Part shown: one piece after another, positions 1 to 10,626 of the stretch
Layout: each line of letters starts with the position of its first letter
Position numbering within the stretch: position 1 is the stretch's first letter
Virus record (IMG/VR): IMGVR_UViG_3300021254_000020
Coordinates: 192,001-256,000 of that record
Reading direction: 5' to 3' (one strand)
DNA: 64,000 nucleotides
Origin: a virus
Taxonomy: Duplodnaviria; Caudoviricetes
Program-made: the position numbers and the translations under genes
The notes under the pieces: generated by a model
Databases searched by the model: none
Told to the model about the DNA's origin: nothing
Seen by the model: the letters and a program-made list of their open reading frames with translations, nothing else

Positions 1-1272
1 TGGATAAGATAATACTCTCAAAATAGTATCTTCATCCATGTCTTCGGTATACCACTTATATTCAGTTGGTAATCCCTTAGAGTGAGATTCACTAGTAGTC
101 AATTCTTCAATACTATTGACTCCAACTACATTGTTGTAGTTACTAGTTAATACCTCATCAGCTTTCCATAAGAAATTGCCATATTCATCTCTCTTACGTT
201 CTTTAAATATGTAATACTTAAAGAACTCAACGTCATCTAATCCAAATATCTTTGCTATTTCTAATAATTCATTAGAACAGCTCTTATACTTAATTAGATT
301 ATATAGATTATACACCATTCTCTCTTGGTACTTATATGGAATATCCCTATAATATGGAATACCGTACATAGAAAAGATGTATTCGATGCAGCGTCTATCT
401 AATATATCTCTTTTTACTATATTAGATTGTACTTCTGTCAGCATATCTACCATTACAGATATTAGCAGATATATCTGCATAAATGCATGGTAATGAGGAT
501 TCTCCAGTTCCATTGCACTAGTATAAACAGACTTGAGTAAGAAGTCTCGTCTATCCTCATATTTACGTTCCCAAGTCTCCTTGATGAGTTGATCAACATC
601 ATTTGGAGTGGTAAGTATCATAAAATCATATGCTTTGCGAGCATCATAGAGTTTTATTCCATGAGTAATATAATCTAAATATCTCACATCACATTTGTCT
701 GCATAGTCGTTCTTCATCATCTCAATAACGCCATAAGAGTCTAATTCTCTAATAGCATTGATACCGATTTCATGAACGAATTCGCCATGGTAAGTAAAAC
801 TCTCAGGAAGATACATAGCATAGTCTCTTACTGGAATTCCCCATTCACTACGAGGTGGTTTACCAGTAATGCGTCTATAGTATTCATTCTTTTCATCAAA
901 ATTATTTACATACCAAGGAATCAATAAAGCCAATAAATCCTTACGATAATGAGTTCCTGTTTCCTCATTATCAGTTGGAATTACTCTCTGTAAATGATTA
1001 AAGTTCTTATATATTGTTATAGTATCTTCGGGTAATCCTACTTGTCTCATAAACTGTTCGGGTATATCTGTAAACATACCCAAAGTAGCCGTTCCTTCGA
1101 TACAAGCAAAATAGACTTCTGCTTCTCTAAGAGACTCTTCAGTTTCTGCTGCGTTGGCAGCTTGTTCATCCTTAATTACAGTATTATAGGTTAAGATCTT
1201 TAAATTCTTAACCAGCTTATCTATAAAAGGATTATCGGTCTGATATGAATCATCTGAATAAGTAGATGCCAT
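1..1272 (-). CDS. large virion/baseplate structural protein, N-terminal part (runs off window start)
   Basis: ATG at 1272-1270 with AGGAG-type RBS; reads MASTYSDDSYQTDNPFIDKLVKNLKILTYNTVIKDEQAANAAETEESLREAEVYFAC...; preceded by the late-like motif GACA-N6-TAAT. Not in the ORF track because it is truncated. Baseplate call is from recalled similarity to AR9-like phage proteins. Confidence 0.6.
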   Translation of the reverse strand, partial: MASTYSDDSYQTDNPFIDKLVKNLKILTYNTVIKDEQAANAAETEESLREAEVYFACIEGTATLGMFTDIPEQFMRQVGLPEDTITIYKNFNHLQRVIPTDNEETGTHYRKDLLALLIPWYVNNFDEKNEYYRRITGKPPRSEWGIPVRDYAMYLPESFTYHGEFVHEIGINAIRELDSYGVIEMMKNDYADKCDVRYLDYITHGIKLYDARKAYDFMILTTPNDVDQLIKETWERKYEDRRDFLLKSVYTSAMELENPHYHAFMQIYLLISVMVDMLTEVQSNIVKRDILDRRCIEYIFSMYGIPYYRDIPYKYQERMVYNLYNLIKYKSCSNELLEIAKIFGLDDVEFFKYYIFKERKRDEYGNFLWKADEVLTSNYNNVVGVNSIEELTTSESHSKGLPTEYKWYTEDMDEDTILRVLSYP

Positions 1273-1294
1273 TTACCTCACTCCTTTCTTCCAA

Positions 1295-1390
1295 ATTATG
1301 TGAATGTCGTGGCTATCATATTATAGCAGACTATAACAGAACTACCTAGAGTTAGGTAGTTCTTTTTAAGGCCTTCGACATTTGATTAAT
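1295..1390. promoter_or_regulatory. divergent pair of late-like promoters (GACA-N6-TAAT) around a hairpin
   Basis: Minus GACA-TTCACA-TAAT at 1308-1295; plus GACA-TTTGAT-TAAT at 1377-1390; AGAACTACCTA/TAGGTAGTTCT hairpin between them. Confidence 0.65.
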
Positions 1391-1410
1391 ATAGGAGAGG
1401 AGGGAGAATT

Positions 1411-2160
1411 ATGTATTTTAGTGCTAATTATCCGGATATATTGATTAGTGATATGGATTCTAATCCTAGGATTAGTAACGCGACTGGTGAATATTCTATT
1501 ACGATGTGTCTCAGTAAAGAGAATAGATATGATTATGATGAGTATGAGAAGTTCTTAAAAAAGGCTGTTGCCAATTTCCGTTCATCTCCTACTTATAAAC
1601 ACTATAAGAGTTATCTATATAGCTTAGGAATTAATTGTTGTCAATTCCACCCATATATTCAAAATACAGAAGAATATGAGATGGCTTCTTTAGAAATGCA
1701 TCACTGTATGTTTAATATATTCGATATAGCCATTATGATTACTGAGAATGCTCTCAATACTGTTGGATTCATCACCGAATTCCAGCTTGTAAAATTAATA
1801 AAGCAGGAACACATCAATAACCGGGTACCTGTAGTTATGCTATGTAAATCATGCCACCAAAAATATCATCATAAAGGATTATATGTTCATCCTGAACAGA
1901 TCTTTGGTAAGTGGTGGGAAATGATTGAGAAGTATCAAGCAGGTATGACTGGTGAGATAATGGAGAAAATAATCCGTTATCTAAATCGTGGTCTTGGAGA
2001 GAAATTCAAATATAGACTAGAAGATAGAGATCGTCTATTAGCTCTCCGAGATAATATTAATATACTTGCTGGAACGGGAGGGTTATTATTAGATGGGCAC
2101 TCGAATCCTTACGAAATGGAAGAATACGCTAACGACGTCGATCCGCCAACTACCATCTAA
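1411..2160 (+). CDS. conserved phage protein with HNH-like zinc-binding motif
   Basis: CCQFH...LEMHH...LCKSCHQKYH pattern; GGAGAG RBS. Confidence 0.5.
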   Translation: MYFSANYPDILISDMDSNPRISNATGEYSITMCLSKENRYDYDEYEKFLKKAVANFRSSPTYKHYKSYLYSLGINCCQFHPYIQNTEEYEMASLEMHHCMFNIFDIAIMITENALNTVGFITEFQLVKLIKQEHINNRVPVVMLCKSCHQKYHHKGLYVHPEQIFGKWWEMIEKYQAGMTGEIMEKIIRYLNRGLGEKFKYRLEDRDRLLALRDNINILAGTGGLLLDGHSNPYEMEEYANDVDPPTTI

Positions 2161-2662
2161 CGTAGAAAATCATATTGGATGGTATACTGGAGTGGTATCT
2201 CTAATCACTGGTATTGCTCTTAAGATTCCTATGGAAACTGCAGTAGCTGGAGGTATATTATACTCCATGGTGCTAGCAAAAAAATATATAGACCATAGGA
2301 TTGTGAAAGAAAGGCTAGATACTATAGAGATAGATAGACTCATGTTACCAGACGATAATCCTCTGAGAACACAAAAATCTATATCTGATATTATCGGTAA
2401 CTATGTAGAAGATTGTTTTGATAGGGACGTTCTCTTCTTCAATGTGTTAAAGGATGATGATTATGTAGATTCTCCTACAGAGAAGAGGTTGTTGAATGAA
2501 CTCATAGAAAGTGTCTCTTCTAATATGAGCAGAGAGTTGAGAGATAAGTTATCACTATACTATGGTAACAGCCTAGACAAAGTCATAGGAAGAAAGTGTC
2601 TAGCTACTGTATCTCTCTATGTTGCCAAGCATAATCATAGATTATATGACGGAAGTAAATAA
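2093..2662 (+). CDS. hypothetical membrane protein
   Basis: 189 aa with hydrophobic N-terminal segments (WYTGVVSLITGIAL, AVAGGILYSMVLA). Confidence 0.6.
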   Translation: MGTRILTKWKNTLTTSIRQLPSNVENHIGWYTGVVSLITGIALKIPMETAVAGGILYSMVLAKKYIDHRIVKERLDTIEIDRLMLPDDNPLRTQKSISDIIGNYVEDCFDRDVLFFNVLKDDDYVDSPTEKRLLNELIESVSSNMSRELRDKLSLYYGNSLDKVIGRKCLATVSLYVAKHNHRLYDGSK

Positions 2663-2696
2663 AAAAAAGAGTGGGGTTATAATGACCCCACTCTTA
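2660..2696. terminator. intrinsic terminator between convergent genes
   Basis: A-run followed by AAGAGTGGGGT/ACCCCACTCTT stem. Confidence 0.7.
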
Positions 2697-2710
2697 AATG
2701 TGCGTAAATA

Positions 2711-2908
2711 TTACTTCTGTCTAGACGTATACCATGAGTTGATATTCTTCATCAGCCCATCTGCGCTGATAATAACACCGCAGGTCATACCTATGAGGCC
2801 TACGACTTGGATTCCCTTATTGTATCCTGAATTGGGATCAATTACCCAATTGGGCATGAGGTTTTTGACCTTTACCTGCTGGGGCTGCTGATTGTTGTTA
2901 CCAAACAT
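2711..2908 (-). CDS. small early membrane protein
   Basis: 65 aa, GGAAGG RBS, one hydrophobic helix (IQVVGLIGMTCGVIISA). Confidence 0.65.
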   Translation of the reverse strand: MFGNNNQQPQQVKVKNLMPNWVIDPNSGYNKGIQVVGLIGMTCGVIISADGLMKNINSWYTSRQK

Positions 2909-2913
2909 ACTAA

Positions 2914-3120
2914 TTACCTTCCTTTCATCATGTCCTGGGTATATTCCCAGAAATCATCTTGCAATGCTTTTTCAGCATCTTGAATTCGCTGAATTAACTG
3001 CTCTATTAGCAGCTTTCTCTCATAGTCATATAGATCCGCTCCAGCTTTTCCATCTTGAATAAGTTGGATTCTTTTTTCTATATTGGAGATTAACTCCTTA
3101 TAGAAATCTCTATTGACCAT
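2914..3120 (-). CDS. small hypothetical early protein
   Basis: Start revised to ATG at 3120 (MVNRDFY...) because AGGAGG sits directly upstream; early motif at 3135-3150. Confidence 0.7.
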   Translation of the reverse strand: MVNRDFYKELISNIEKRIQLIQDGKAGADLYDYERKLLIEQLIQRIQDAEKALQDDFWEYTQDMMKGR

Positions 3121-3134
3121 ATTATTACCTCCTT

Positions 3135-3150
3135 TCACTATTATAATATA
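3135..3150 (-). promoter_or_regulatory. early-like phage promoter TATATTATAATAGTGA
   Basis: One of at least 12 intergenic copies of this motif in the window. Confidence 0.7.
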
Positions 3151-3191
3151 TTAATAAAAAAGAACCGATTAACAAACAGATACCCTAGGAC

Positions 3192-4025
3192 TTAGGTCCT
3201 AGGGTTCTTTATTTGTCTAAAATACTCTTTCATTAAAATCTTATAAAATAACCGTATTATAGAGCTATTGTGATATATATCTACAGTGTTGATATCAGCT
3301 CCTATATCACTATAGTATATATAATTTGGTGTAGATGCTACCTTATATCTATTACCACTATTGAACTCTCTATAATACTGTAATGGTAATTCCCTATTAA
3401 TGTATTTTATATAGGTTTCTTTAATCATATTTAAGCTATCTAATATACCATATCTCTGAATGGAATATGCTATTGCCAACAAGAAGTCTAGAAAATATCC
3501 ACTATGAGTAGCTTCTATTTTCTCTTGATTGATATTCTTCAATCTATATTTCTCTTGTATCCCATCAGAATAATACAGGAAGTCTATTTCATTTATTCTA
3601 TATAGGGAAGTATATCTATTTTTTATTCTGAAATTGAGATATGGATTTATCTTCCCACTAATATATCCAGCTCTTCTATCATTCCAAGAATGTACTGTAG
3701 TTATAGAGTCATTATCTATATACAATACATTCTCTTTGTCTATACTATTGATATCAAAAAATAGTTGTCTAGCTCTAACAATTCCTTCTTGATATCCAGC
3801 TTCTATATTAGGATTGTCTCTTCTCAGACAACCAATAGACACTTCTCTTTCCTGTTTGGGCATAACTAGATATTTTTGATATTGATCTTCTGATATCAGG
3901 TTTAGGGATCTTAGTATACTAATATTAGCCTTGGCTAGATCCCATTCCTGAATATTCATATTAATTAACCATTCATAGGGAGCTACGTAACGGGCTTTCT
4001 CATATATATTAGTCATAAGAGCCAT
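3192..4025 (-). CDS. divergent family-B DNA polymerase-like (palm) protein
   Basis: IQEWDLAKAN (motif A-like) and LYIDNDS (motif C-like, compare YGDTDS); phiKZ/AR9-like phages have split, divergent PolB genes. Confidence 0.5.
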   Translation of the reverse strand: MALMTNIYEKARYVAPYEWLINMNIQEWDLAKANISILRSLNLISEDQYQKYLVMPKQEREVSIGCLRRDNPNIEAGYQEGIVRARQLFFDINSIDKENVLYIDNDSITTVHSWNDRRAGYISGKINPYLNFRIKNRYTSLYRINEIDFLYYSDGIQEKYRLKNINQEKIEATHSGYFLDFLLAIAYSIQRYGILDSLNMIKETYIKYINRELPLQYYREFNSGNRYKVASTPNYIYYSDIGADINTVDIYHNSSIIRLFYKILMKEYFRQIKNPRT

Positions 4026-4048
4026 TACTACTCACCTACCCATATAGA

Positions 4049-4663
4049 TTAGTTTGGAACTTGTTGTGTTACCAATGGAGCTTCATTCTGCATACTCTCA
4101 TACATACACTCCATATCTTCTTTAATTTCCTCTTGAGTTGCTCCACCAATATTCTGTTTAGTAAGCTTAGCGAATCTTTCTACATCGCTAGCATATGTTA
4201 GCTGATGGGCATAACTACCAAACTCGTTATATTTCAGATGAATAGATTCTAAATCTTCTACAGTATTTACTATAAAGGCATTAATTCCATATCTCTGTTG
4301 GATTAGTTTCAATAAACTATCTATAATGGGCATAAGAGTAGGAGAGTTATAGTTGGATATAACTATAGTATCCTCTTCATCAATCACTTTACTCATAATA
4401 CTCATAAAGGCAATGAATGCTTCATCATTCCCTAAGATATACTGAGCATATTTCTGATCAAACTGAATACTATTAGTATCTCCAGTCTCATCTTCTTTCA
4501 GATATTCTAAAAAGTCATTCAATGGTGCCAACTTATCCAATCTATATCCATAGTCCAGTATGCTGAACACATTGAATGGTTTCTTATCGTCTGCTACTGC
4601 TTTGGTAGTAATCCATTCAACTAATCTAGGATCATTTTGTGGGTCCACAATAATTAATCTCAT
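4049..4663 (-). CDS. conserved hypothetical phage protein
   Basis: 204 aa, GGAGG RBS, early motif at 4739-4754; weak resemblance to the 7236-8096 product. Confidence 0.75.
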   Translation of the reverse strand: MRLIIVDPQNDPRLVEWITTKAVADDKKPFNVFSILDYGYRLDKLAPLNDFLEYLKEDETGDTNSIQFDQKYAQYILGNDEAFIAFMSIMSKVIDEEDTIVISNYNSPTLMPIIDSLLKLIQQRYGINAFIVNTVEDLESIHLKYNEFGSYAHQLTYASDVERFAKLTKQNIGGATQEEIKEDMECMYESMQNEAPLVTQQVPN

Positions 4664-4768
4664 TTACTTATCCCTCCTAAAAATAAATAACGATAGATAG
4701 TAGAGTTCATATTAACAGTTTATTATTTCCTCTCCCTATCATTTCTATAATATATGGTTGAAAGTTAT

Positions 4769-5461
4769 TTAAGAATCTATTAAATATGGATTAGATACTA
4801 CGACACAATCTCCAGTGACTATATTGGAATACACATCTTCTATTTCTTTAGTTACATCGAATCTAACTCCATAAATATATATCTTATCATTTGTATACGT
4901 TCTAATTGGAGTATGTTCGCTTGTTTTAAATAACTCATATGCTTCTTTATTATTGGTGCTTAAGACAATACAAGAGGTCCTATCTACATTATTGACTTCG
5001 ATAAATTTATTATCTCTATTTAGTTTAATAACAAAGGAAGCATTAGCATTAAAATCTATACAGTATAATTCATCATTCTGTTTTTCATGTAATAGTCTCA
5101 TTATCTCATCCATCTCTTCACTACGAGTATCTACACTATCTTTAAGATTATCAAAAAATCCAAGTTCTCTAGACTTCTTAAAGCAGTTTATGTAGTTGAA
5201 GAAACATTGCATACATGATCCTAGATGGTTCTTACTCTTATTATCTCTAATACCATCCATAGCATTTATGAGAAAAGGGAATTCTTCTCTTATTACTTTA
5301 CTATTATGAATATATTCATTAAACTGATCAAAGTCTTTAGTTTGGCTATGAAGATTATTATATATCCATATCAATGAAAATGATAAACTGTTATTGATCA
5401 GCCTACTTATTATCTCCCTTTCTATTCTAGGATCCATAGAGATAACTTTCTTATTGCTCAT
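4769..5461 (-). CDS. hypothetical protein
   Basis: Start revised to MSNKKV at 5461 (GGAGGGG RBS); the longer ORF start crosses a terminator hairpin. Confidence 0.7.
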   Translation of the reverse strand: MSNKKVISMDPRIEREIISRLINNSLSFSLIWIYNNLHSQTKDFDQFNEYIHNSKVIREEFPFLINAMDGIRDNKSKNHLGSCMQCFFNYINCFKKSRELGFFDNLKDSVDTRSEEMDEIMRLLHEKQNDELYCIDFNANASFVIKLNRDNKFIEVNNVDRTSCIVLSTNNKEAYELFKTSEHTPIRTYTNDKIYIYGVRFDVTKEIEDVYSNIVTGDCVVVSNPYLIDS

Positions 5462-5546
5462 ATTATCCCCTCCCAACTTAATACTTATTAAGTTGTTTAG
5501 GACAAAAAAGAAAGGTAGGCCCATACTAGGACCTACCCCTCCTATA

Positions 5547-6500
5547 TTATTCATCATAAGATATCGGAATAATATCTCCAGTATTAGGATCTCTATATTC
5601 TACAACAATACCATTCGGTCCCTTATATGCTCCTACTGGTACCATCCTAGAATCATCTGTCCTATCTTCCATAGCATCTCTGAGTCTGGTAGTTACTTGT
5701 CTTGGAGTAATAGAATTAGAATTTGCATTCTTTATCATATTCTCATTATCTGCAAAGTTCCAAGTCTCATCAACGAACCCCCTACCCTCTGTACTATAAT
5801 ATTGGTTAGGATACTCTTCCATTTCATTAATACCATTGATCTGTTCATGTCTAGGAAGTGTATCCTGCATAAATCCTGTATGGTGAATGAGATAATCGTT
5901 CCTGAATGGGTTAGCCAGAGCATTAGCTGCTCTCTCTTGATTCACTTTTGAATCACCAATAAGAACTCCAGCATAGTCACGTGGGAATGCTTGAAGAGAA
6001 GTCACGTTAGCTCCTGCCCACCTCTGAAGATTACGGTATTCGTTTATACCATAATAACAGATTGCATGCTCTATATCTTTATCAAGAGGCAAACTCTGGA
6101 AGAGATTTTTTCTCTCTTCACAAGATTCTTGCAGCAAAGACATCTTGCCAGCAAAATCATAGTATCTATTAAGAATGAAGTTGTCAGGGTATTTATGGGA
6201 TATGGAGAATACCAATACATGTTCATCAAGTGATACGATACTAGCGATGATGAAATTATTCTCAGGCACATAGCTGGTCGGAGGATAAAGTCTAACATGA
6301 GAGATGGCTCTACTAGTATTATTAAGCATTACGTACCCTTCTACTACTGCAAGGATACCAAACACCGGAACAAATACTGGCATTTGAATAGCTTCAACAC
6401 TACCATCCACATTGATTCTGAAGCATGGACTTGCTACAAACAATCCTCCGTCTTTTTTGATAAGCTCAACAACTCTTTCACTAGCATTTACTAATATCAT
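5547..6500 (-). CDS. hypothetical protein
   Basis: 317-aa ORF, AAGGAG RBS. Confidence 0.75.
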   Translation of the reverse strand: MILVNASERVVELIKKDGGLFVASPCFRINVDGSVEAIQMPVFVPVFGILAVVEGYVMLNNTSRAISHVRLYPPTSYVPENNFIIASIVSLDEHVLVFSISHKYPDNFILNRYYDFAGKMSLLQESCEERKNLFQSLPLDKDIEHAICYYGINEYRNLQRWAGANVTSLQAFPRDYAGVLIGDSKVNQERAANALANPFRNDYLIHHTGFMQDTLPRHEQINGINEMEEYPNQYYSTEGRGFVDETWNFADNENMIKNANSNSITPRQVTTRLRDAMEDRTDDSRMVPVGAYKGPNGIVVEYRDPNTGDIIPISYDE

Positions 6501-6658
6501 TTTCTACACTCCTTTATAGCCTTTTCCAATTTAACCTTAACGATTTCAATAGAATCATTCATCCAATCAATCTGACCACTATTAGGAATCTTATCCCAAT
6601 CTACTTTACGTGCTTGATAACGAAGCTCTTCCAACTTCATATCCTTAATGGGTTTCAT
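6497..6658 (-). CDS. small hypothetical protein (53 aa, not in ORF track)
   Basis: MKPIKDMKLEELRYQARKVDWDKIP...ECRK; stop overlaps next start (ATGA) and the ORF fills the gap between two genes. Confidence 0.55.
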   Translation of the reverse strand: MKPIKDMKLEELRYQARKVDWDKIPNSGQIDWMNDSIEIVKVKLEKAIKECRK

Positions 6659-7187
6659 TAGAATTTCCTTCTTCCTTATCTACTGTATTTTTCTTAAGAG
6701 CTTTATTGAAGTCTGTAGACTTTATCTCAGCTATCTCGTTTCTTACAAGAGTGAGCTGTTTGATCATATCTTGAAGAGAAGTGAAAAGATAACCAGTGTC
6801 TTTATGAACTTGCTTATCATAATCCTCTAGGAATATCTTATATGCTTCAACCATCTTAGGACTCTTATTCAATAAGTCTATAACCGAGTTTAGATAGTTT
6901 ATACAACCAGCATGATCATATACTTCTGCTTTGCAATGAGAGCACCTAGCATAGTAATCATTAATACTATTTCCTCCCTTAGATTTAATCAGACCTAAAT
7001 GAGGACACTCATGCTGATAGCATGCCTTGATATATACCTTTTCTCTCTTCTTATCTACCAATTCATGTTCTAGTGTCTTCTCTTTAGAACACGCTAGCTC
7101 ATAATCCTTACGAAGCTTTTTCATCTTGTCAGATTCTGTAAAGCCCATAGTCTTCCATATATTACTCACCTTATTAAAGAAACTCAT
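6645..7187 (-). CDS. hypothetical protein with Cys/His motif and coiled coil
   Basis: Start revised to MSFFNK (GGAGAGG RBS); C-x3-CPH...CSHC. Confidence 0.7.
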   Translation of the reverse strand: MSFFNKVSNIWKTMGFTESDKMKKLRKDYELACSKEKTLEHELVDKKREKVYIKACYQHECPHLGLIKSKGGNSINDYYARCSHCKAEVYDHAGCINYLNSVIDLLNKSPKMVEAYKIFLEDYDKQVHKDTGYLFTSLQDMIKQLTLVRNEIAEIKSTDFNKALKKNTVDKEEGNSNETH

Positions 7188-7235
7188 AACCTCTCCTCCT
7201 AACAAGAAAAAAGAGAGACCGGAGTCTCTCTTTAT

Positions 7236-8096
7236 TTATTTTGCTGCAGGTAATTGACCTGCAAACTGTGGAGCTGATATCTCTGCCATGGTCTTCTTAC
7301 CGAACCTAGCATTACTATCTTCCACTATAGCTCTAACCTGCTTCTGTCGAGCTTCATCCAGCTTAGCTGTCATATTCACTACTGGGCATATTCTGCCTGT
7401 CTGAGCTTGGAATCTATAAGTAGCGATAATATTACAAGCAGCTGTAATTGCTGCTTGCATAGTAGGAAATACACAGTTATAGTCAGACAATAGTATGCTT
7501 ACTGATCTGCTGGATGGTATTGCATTTTCAGGGAGTATAGTTGCATACTCCTCTTTGCTAATATAGGCATTGGTGAACAACATTTCAGCTATTCTCCAAA
7601 TGAACCTAGGCTCAGGAATAAAGCCAGGTTGTACACTAGGATCATCCATGAAAAGATTGGAATAGTTGGCTACGATAATCCCAAATTCGTTAGCCATTAG
7701 TTTAACCAGCACTTCTAGTGGATAGAACTGCTGTTCAACGTCTGATTCAGCAAAGAATAGAATCGGCTTATTAGTCTTATACAAACTAGCCAATATATTC
7801 ACTACGCTGTCCTCTTTCTCTGGAGATCTTAGATAATCGTAATATACTGCTAGATATTGGTTCTGTATAGCTGGGAAATTAGGATCATTCAGTTCTGTAT
7901 TGAGGATGGAATAACATAAGCTAACAGGTGGCATTAAACCAGACATGACAACACAGCCCTGGTAGAGCTGTGAGTCACATACGTCTGCTATTACTACTAC
8001 ATTAAACCCTCTCATCATTGCGTCTGGAATTGCATTCGTGTCAGTGGTCCAATACGCATAACTCTTCAGAAATGATCCTTTATTTGGCTGTGCCAT
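7236..8096 (-). CDS. conserved hypothetical phage protein
   Basis: 286 aa, GAGGAG RBS, downstream GAGAGAC/GTCTCTC hairpin. Confidence 0.75.
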   Translation of the reverse strand: MAQPNKGSFLKSYAYWTTDTNAIPDAMMRGFNVVVIADVCDSQLYQGCVVMSGLMPPVSLCYSILNTELNDPNFPAIQNQYLAVYYDYLRSPEKEDSVVNILASLYKTNKPILFFAESDVEQQFYPLEVLVKLMANEFGIIVANYSNLFMDDPSVQPGFIPEPRFIWRIAEMLFTNAYISKEEYATILPENAIPSSRSVSILLSDYNCVFPTMQAAITAACNIIATYRFQAQTGRICPVVNMTAKLDEARQKQVRAIVEDSNARFGKKTMAEISAPQFAGQLPAAK

Positions 8097-8110
8097 TTTG
8101 GATCCTCCTC

Positions 8111-10612
8111 TTACAACTGAGACTCTACCGTCTCTTCCTTACTATCTTCTTTTTCAGTATTCGGATTTATAGTAATATGGTCATTGACATACTCTGTCAA
8201 TATATTGAACATTAGTGCTACGTTGATCTTGTCCTTATACCGATCCCTCAGTCTACAATATAAGAACGCGTGAACTGAAGAGGATACGTCCTCTACAGTT
8301 TTGCACTGAGATGCATCGAAATCCTTAACAGACTCATTCAGATAATCGAGAATCTCTTTTCTGAACTCATCGGTGATCTCTGTAGGAACTTCATTAGATG
8401 CTTCCTCTGATTGAATATCCTTCTCAATCATATCATCTACCCCTTTATTATCAGGATAGATAATGGTACTAAATACCGGAGACTGATTATTGGTTACGGA
8501 TATCTTGAAGCAATCAGCATTCTTGTGGTCAGCGGTTCTCTGAATGCTTACTTCGATACCATCTGTTCCAGTTCCCATGATCTCAGCGACTTCCTCTTGG
8601 CACCACTCTTTGACATCTTTCTCCATCTTCTTAATCTGAGATTCTGTATCCTTGATATCGAGACGGAACTTATCAAAGCGAGCAGTAACCATACTTTTGA
8701 CCTTCGGGATTTCCTGCTTGAAACGAATAGTCTCTACTACAGGAACTCCTGGGAAACCTAATACAGCAGACTCATTATTTTTCTTAGCCTCTTCTGCTTC
8801 TATTTCCTCAGGAGTTTTTGGTCTCATAGGAAATAATCCTGTTTTCTGGACCTCTGCCTCCTTTATAGGTACGTCCTCCTTGGTTTCAGTTTCGACACTT
8901 CCTTCTATAGGAGTACGGGACATCCACTTCTCTGGAGATACGCTCTTATTAGATGGAGGAGGGATAATAATATCCACAGGATCTTTTCTAGCCATTGTAC
9001 TAATAGTAGGATTATCCATGTGCTGTTTAATGATATCTTCCTTATGGATAATCTTAGGTTCTACGATTGGTGCTACACTATCTGCTTTCTTAAGAATCTC
9101 TTTAGCAGTGGCTTCCCTTTCAGCCTTTTCTTTAGCTTGAGCCTCCATTTTATTTATATGATTGACTTGAGCTACTTCTTTCTTTTTCAACCACTCTTCT
9201 CTTGGAAGATATTCTACTTCTATTTTATCTGCCAAAAGAAGGGCAGTAGAAGCACCAAACTTCTCTTCCATTGAAGACAACCACTGCATGATATGATTCT
9301 TTATCAGCGATGGATAGCTACAGTACCTTTTACCATTTTTGAAGAAGTGCTCAAACTCCTTAACAGCACCAACAGTCTTGATCGGAGTAGAATCTTTTTT
9401 CCCACTCTTTACGATCTCCATAAACTTTTCTTTAGAGATCTGTATCCGCTTTCTACCATTGGCATCTATTTGAAGAGCTGGTTCGTATGGTTCATCTGTT
9501 ACTACTTCCTTCTTAGGAGGTACTGTATTTATTATAGGTTCCTTTTTAGGAACTTCAGGTCTTTGAATATTATCATACATTTTTACTGCATCATTCTCAA
9601 TATGAGGCGGAAGAACTATCCCAGTAGCTTTTGCTTCTTCTACGATACGATTATGAGAGGTTACTATGGTCTCCTTCTTTGTTATCGGCTCTTGTACTTT
9701 AGTCTCTTCCGCATATAGTCTATCAACTATAGTATTACCTCTCTTGATATTCACCTTGAAATTAGTATTGATCATGCCCATTATTCTACCCCTTTCTGTT
9801 TCTATAGGCGTAATTGCGTGTACAGGATCTTTGTCCTCTAGATACTTTGCTGAATATCGTACCCCACATTTAGTACAAATCAGCTCGTTCATTCCCTTAT
9901 TGTAATTATAGTCTATCTCCCCTCCACAGATCTCATGAGTAATCGGATCTGGATGGCAGCATTTTAGTTTATGATAGTCTACTTTACACACATATGGGAA
10001 ATCCCAAATTATAGGACCAAATCCCATCCTGACACCGAAGTTCTTATAATAATTGCTACCAGCATCTTCCATAACATATCCTCTTTGGAGAAGGATCATG
10101 AATATCTCAAAGATGTCTTTATAATACACCTTCTTATATTCATGCTCAGTCATTGGTTCTCCTCTCTCCATAAGAGATACGACACCATCACCATCTATCC
10201 AAAATACTTTTGGACAAAATGGCTTTAGTATATGCTGAGTATATTCAAACTCACTTTTGTTATCTTTGATACCAACGTCATCAGAACCTATTTTTAATAC
10301 TATATTAGGATCATAATCATAATAGAATGTTCTTCTATTGGTACCACTAGCCAATTCTTTGAATCCAAATGGTTTCAACAATGCATTAGTGAGTTCAAAC
10401 TTTTTGACTGGATTATTCGCTAATCTTGGAGATCTAGCATAGTCCCACAATCTTTGAATAACCCAGTCTGGGATATAAGATCTTATAGGTGGTCTACTCA
10501 ATAAATTCCAATACTTAGTAGGATCAGTAGATTGGTTGGCAGCTATTCTACCACTAATCCTGAAGATATCGGATTGTTGGTTTATTACGCCGTTCCTCTC
10601 TTTAATATTCAC
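8111..10612 (-). CDS. protein-kinase-like N-terminal domain, Zn ribbon and long charged C-terminal region
   Basis: LASGTNR (Gly loop), VLKIG (Lys), DNKSEF (alphaC Glu), MEDAGSNYYKNFG (catalytic loop D...N), IWDFPY (DFG-like), CC..C/CTKCG. Confidence 0.55.
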   Translation of the reverse strand: MNIKERNGVINQQSDIFRISGRIAANQSTDPTKYWNLLSRPPIRSYIPDWVIQRLWDYARSPRLANNPVKKFELTNALLKPFGFKELASGTNRRTFYYDYDPNIVLKIGSDDVGIKDNKSEFEYTQHILKPFCPKVFWIDGDGVVSLMERGEPMTEHEYKKVYYKDIFEIFMILLQRGYVMEDAGSNYYKNFGVRMGFGPIIWDFPYVCKVDYHKLKCCHPDPITHEICGGEIDYNYNKGMNELICTKCGVRYSAKYLEDKDPVHAITPIETERGRIMGMINTNFKVNIKRGNTIVDRLYAEETKVQEPITKKETIVTSHNRIVEEAKATGIVLPPHIENDAVKMYDNIQRPEVPKKEPIINTVPPKKEVVTDEPYEPALQIDANGRKRIQISKEKFMEIVKSGKKDSTPIKTVGAVKEFEHFFKNGKRYCSYPSLIKNHIMQWLSSMEEKFGASTALLLADKIEVEYLPREEWLKKKEVAQVNHINKMEAQAKEKAEREATAKEILKKADSVAPIVEPKIIHKEDIIKQHMDNPTISTMARKDPVDIIIPPPSNKSVSPEKWMSRTPIEGSVETETKEDVPIKEAEVQKTGLFPMRPKTPEEIEAEEAKKNNESAVLGFPGVPVVETIRFKQEIPKVKSMVTARFDKFRLDIKDTESQIKKMEKDVKEWCQEEVAEIMGTGTDGIEVSIQRTADHKNADCFKISVTNNQSPVFSTIIYPDNKGVDDMIEKDIQSEEASNEVPTEITDEFRKEILDYLNESVKDFDASQCKTVEDVSSSVHAFLYCRLRDRYKDKINVALMFNILTEYVNDHITINPNTEKEDSKEETVESQL

Positions 10613-10626
10613 TAGTATTCACCTAC

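Noticed and set aside
4049-8096. DUF488-like assignment for the 204-aa and 286-aa proteins
   Set aside because: Only a loose Y..Y(I/L)...L.KL....(Y/F)GI resemblance; too weak to name a family.
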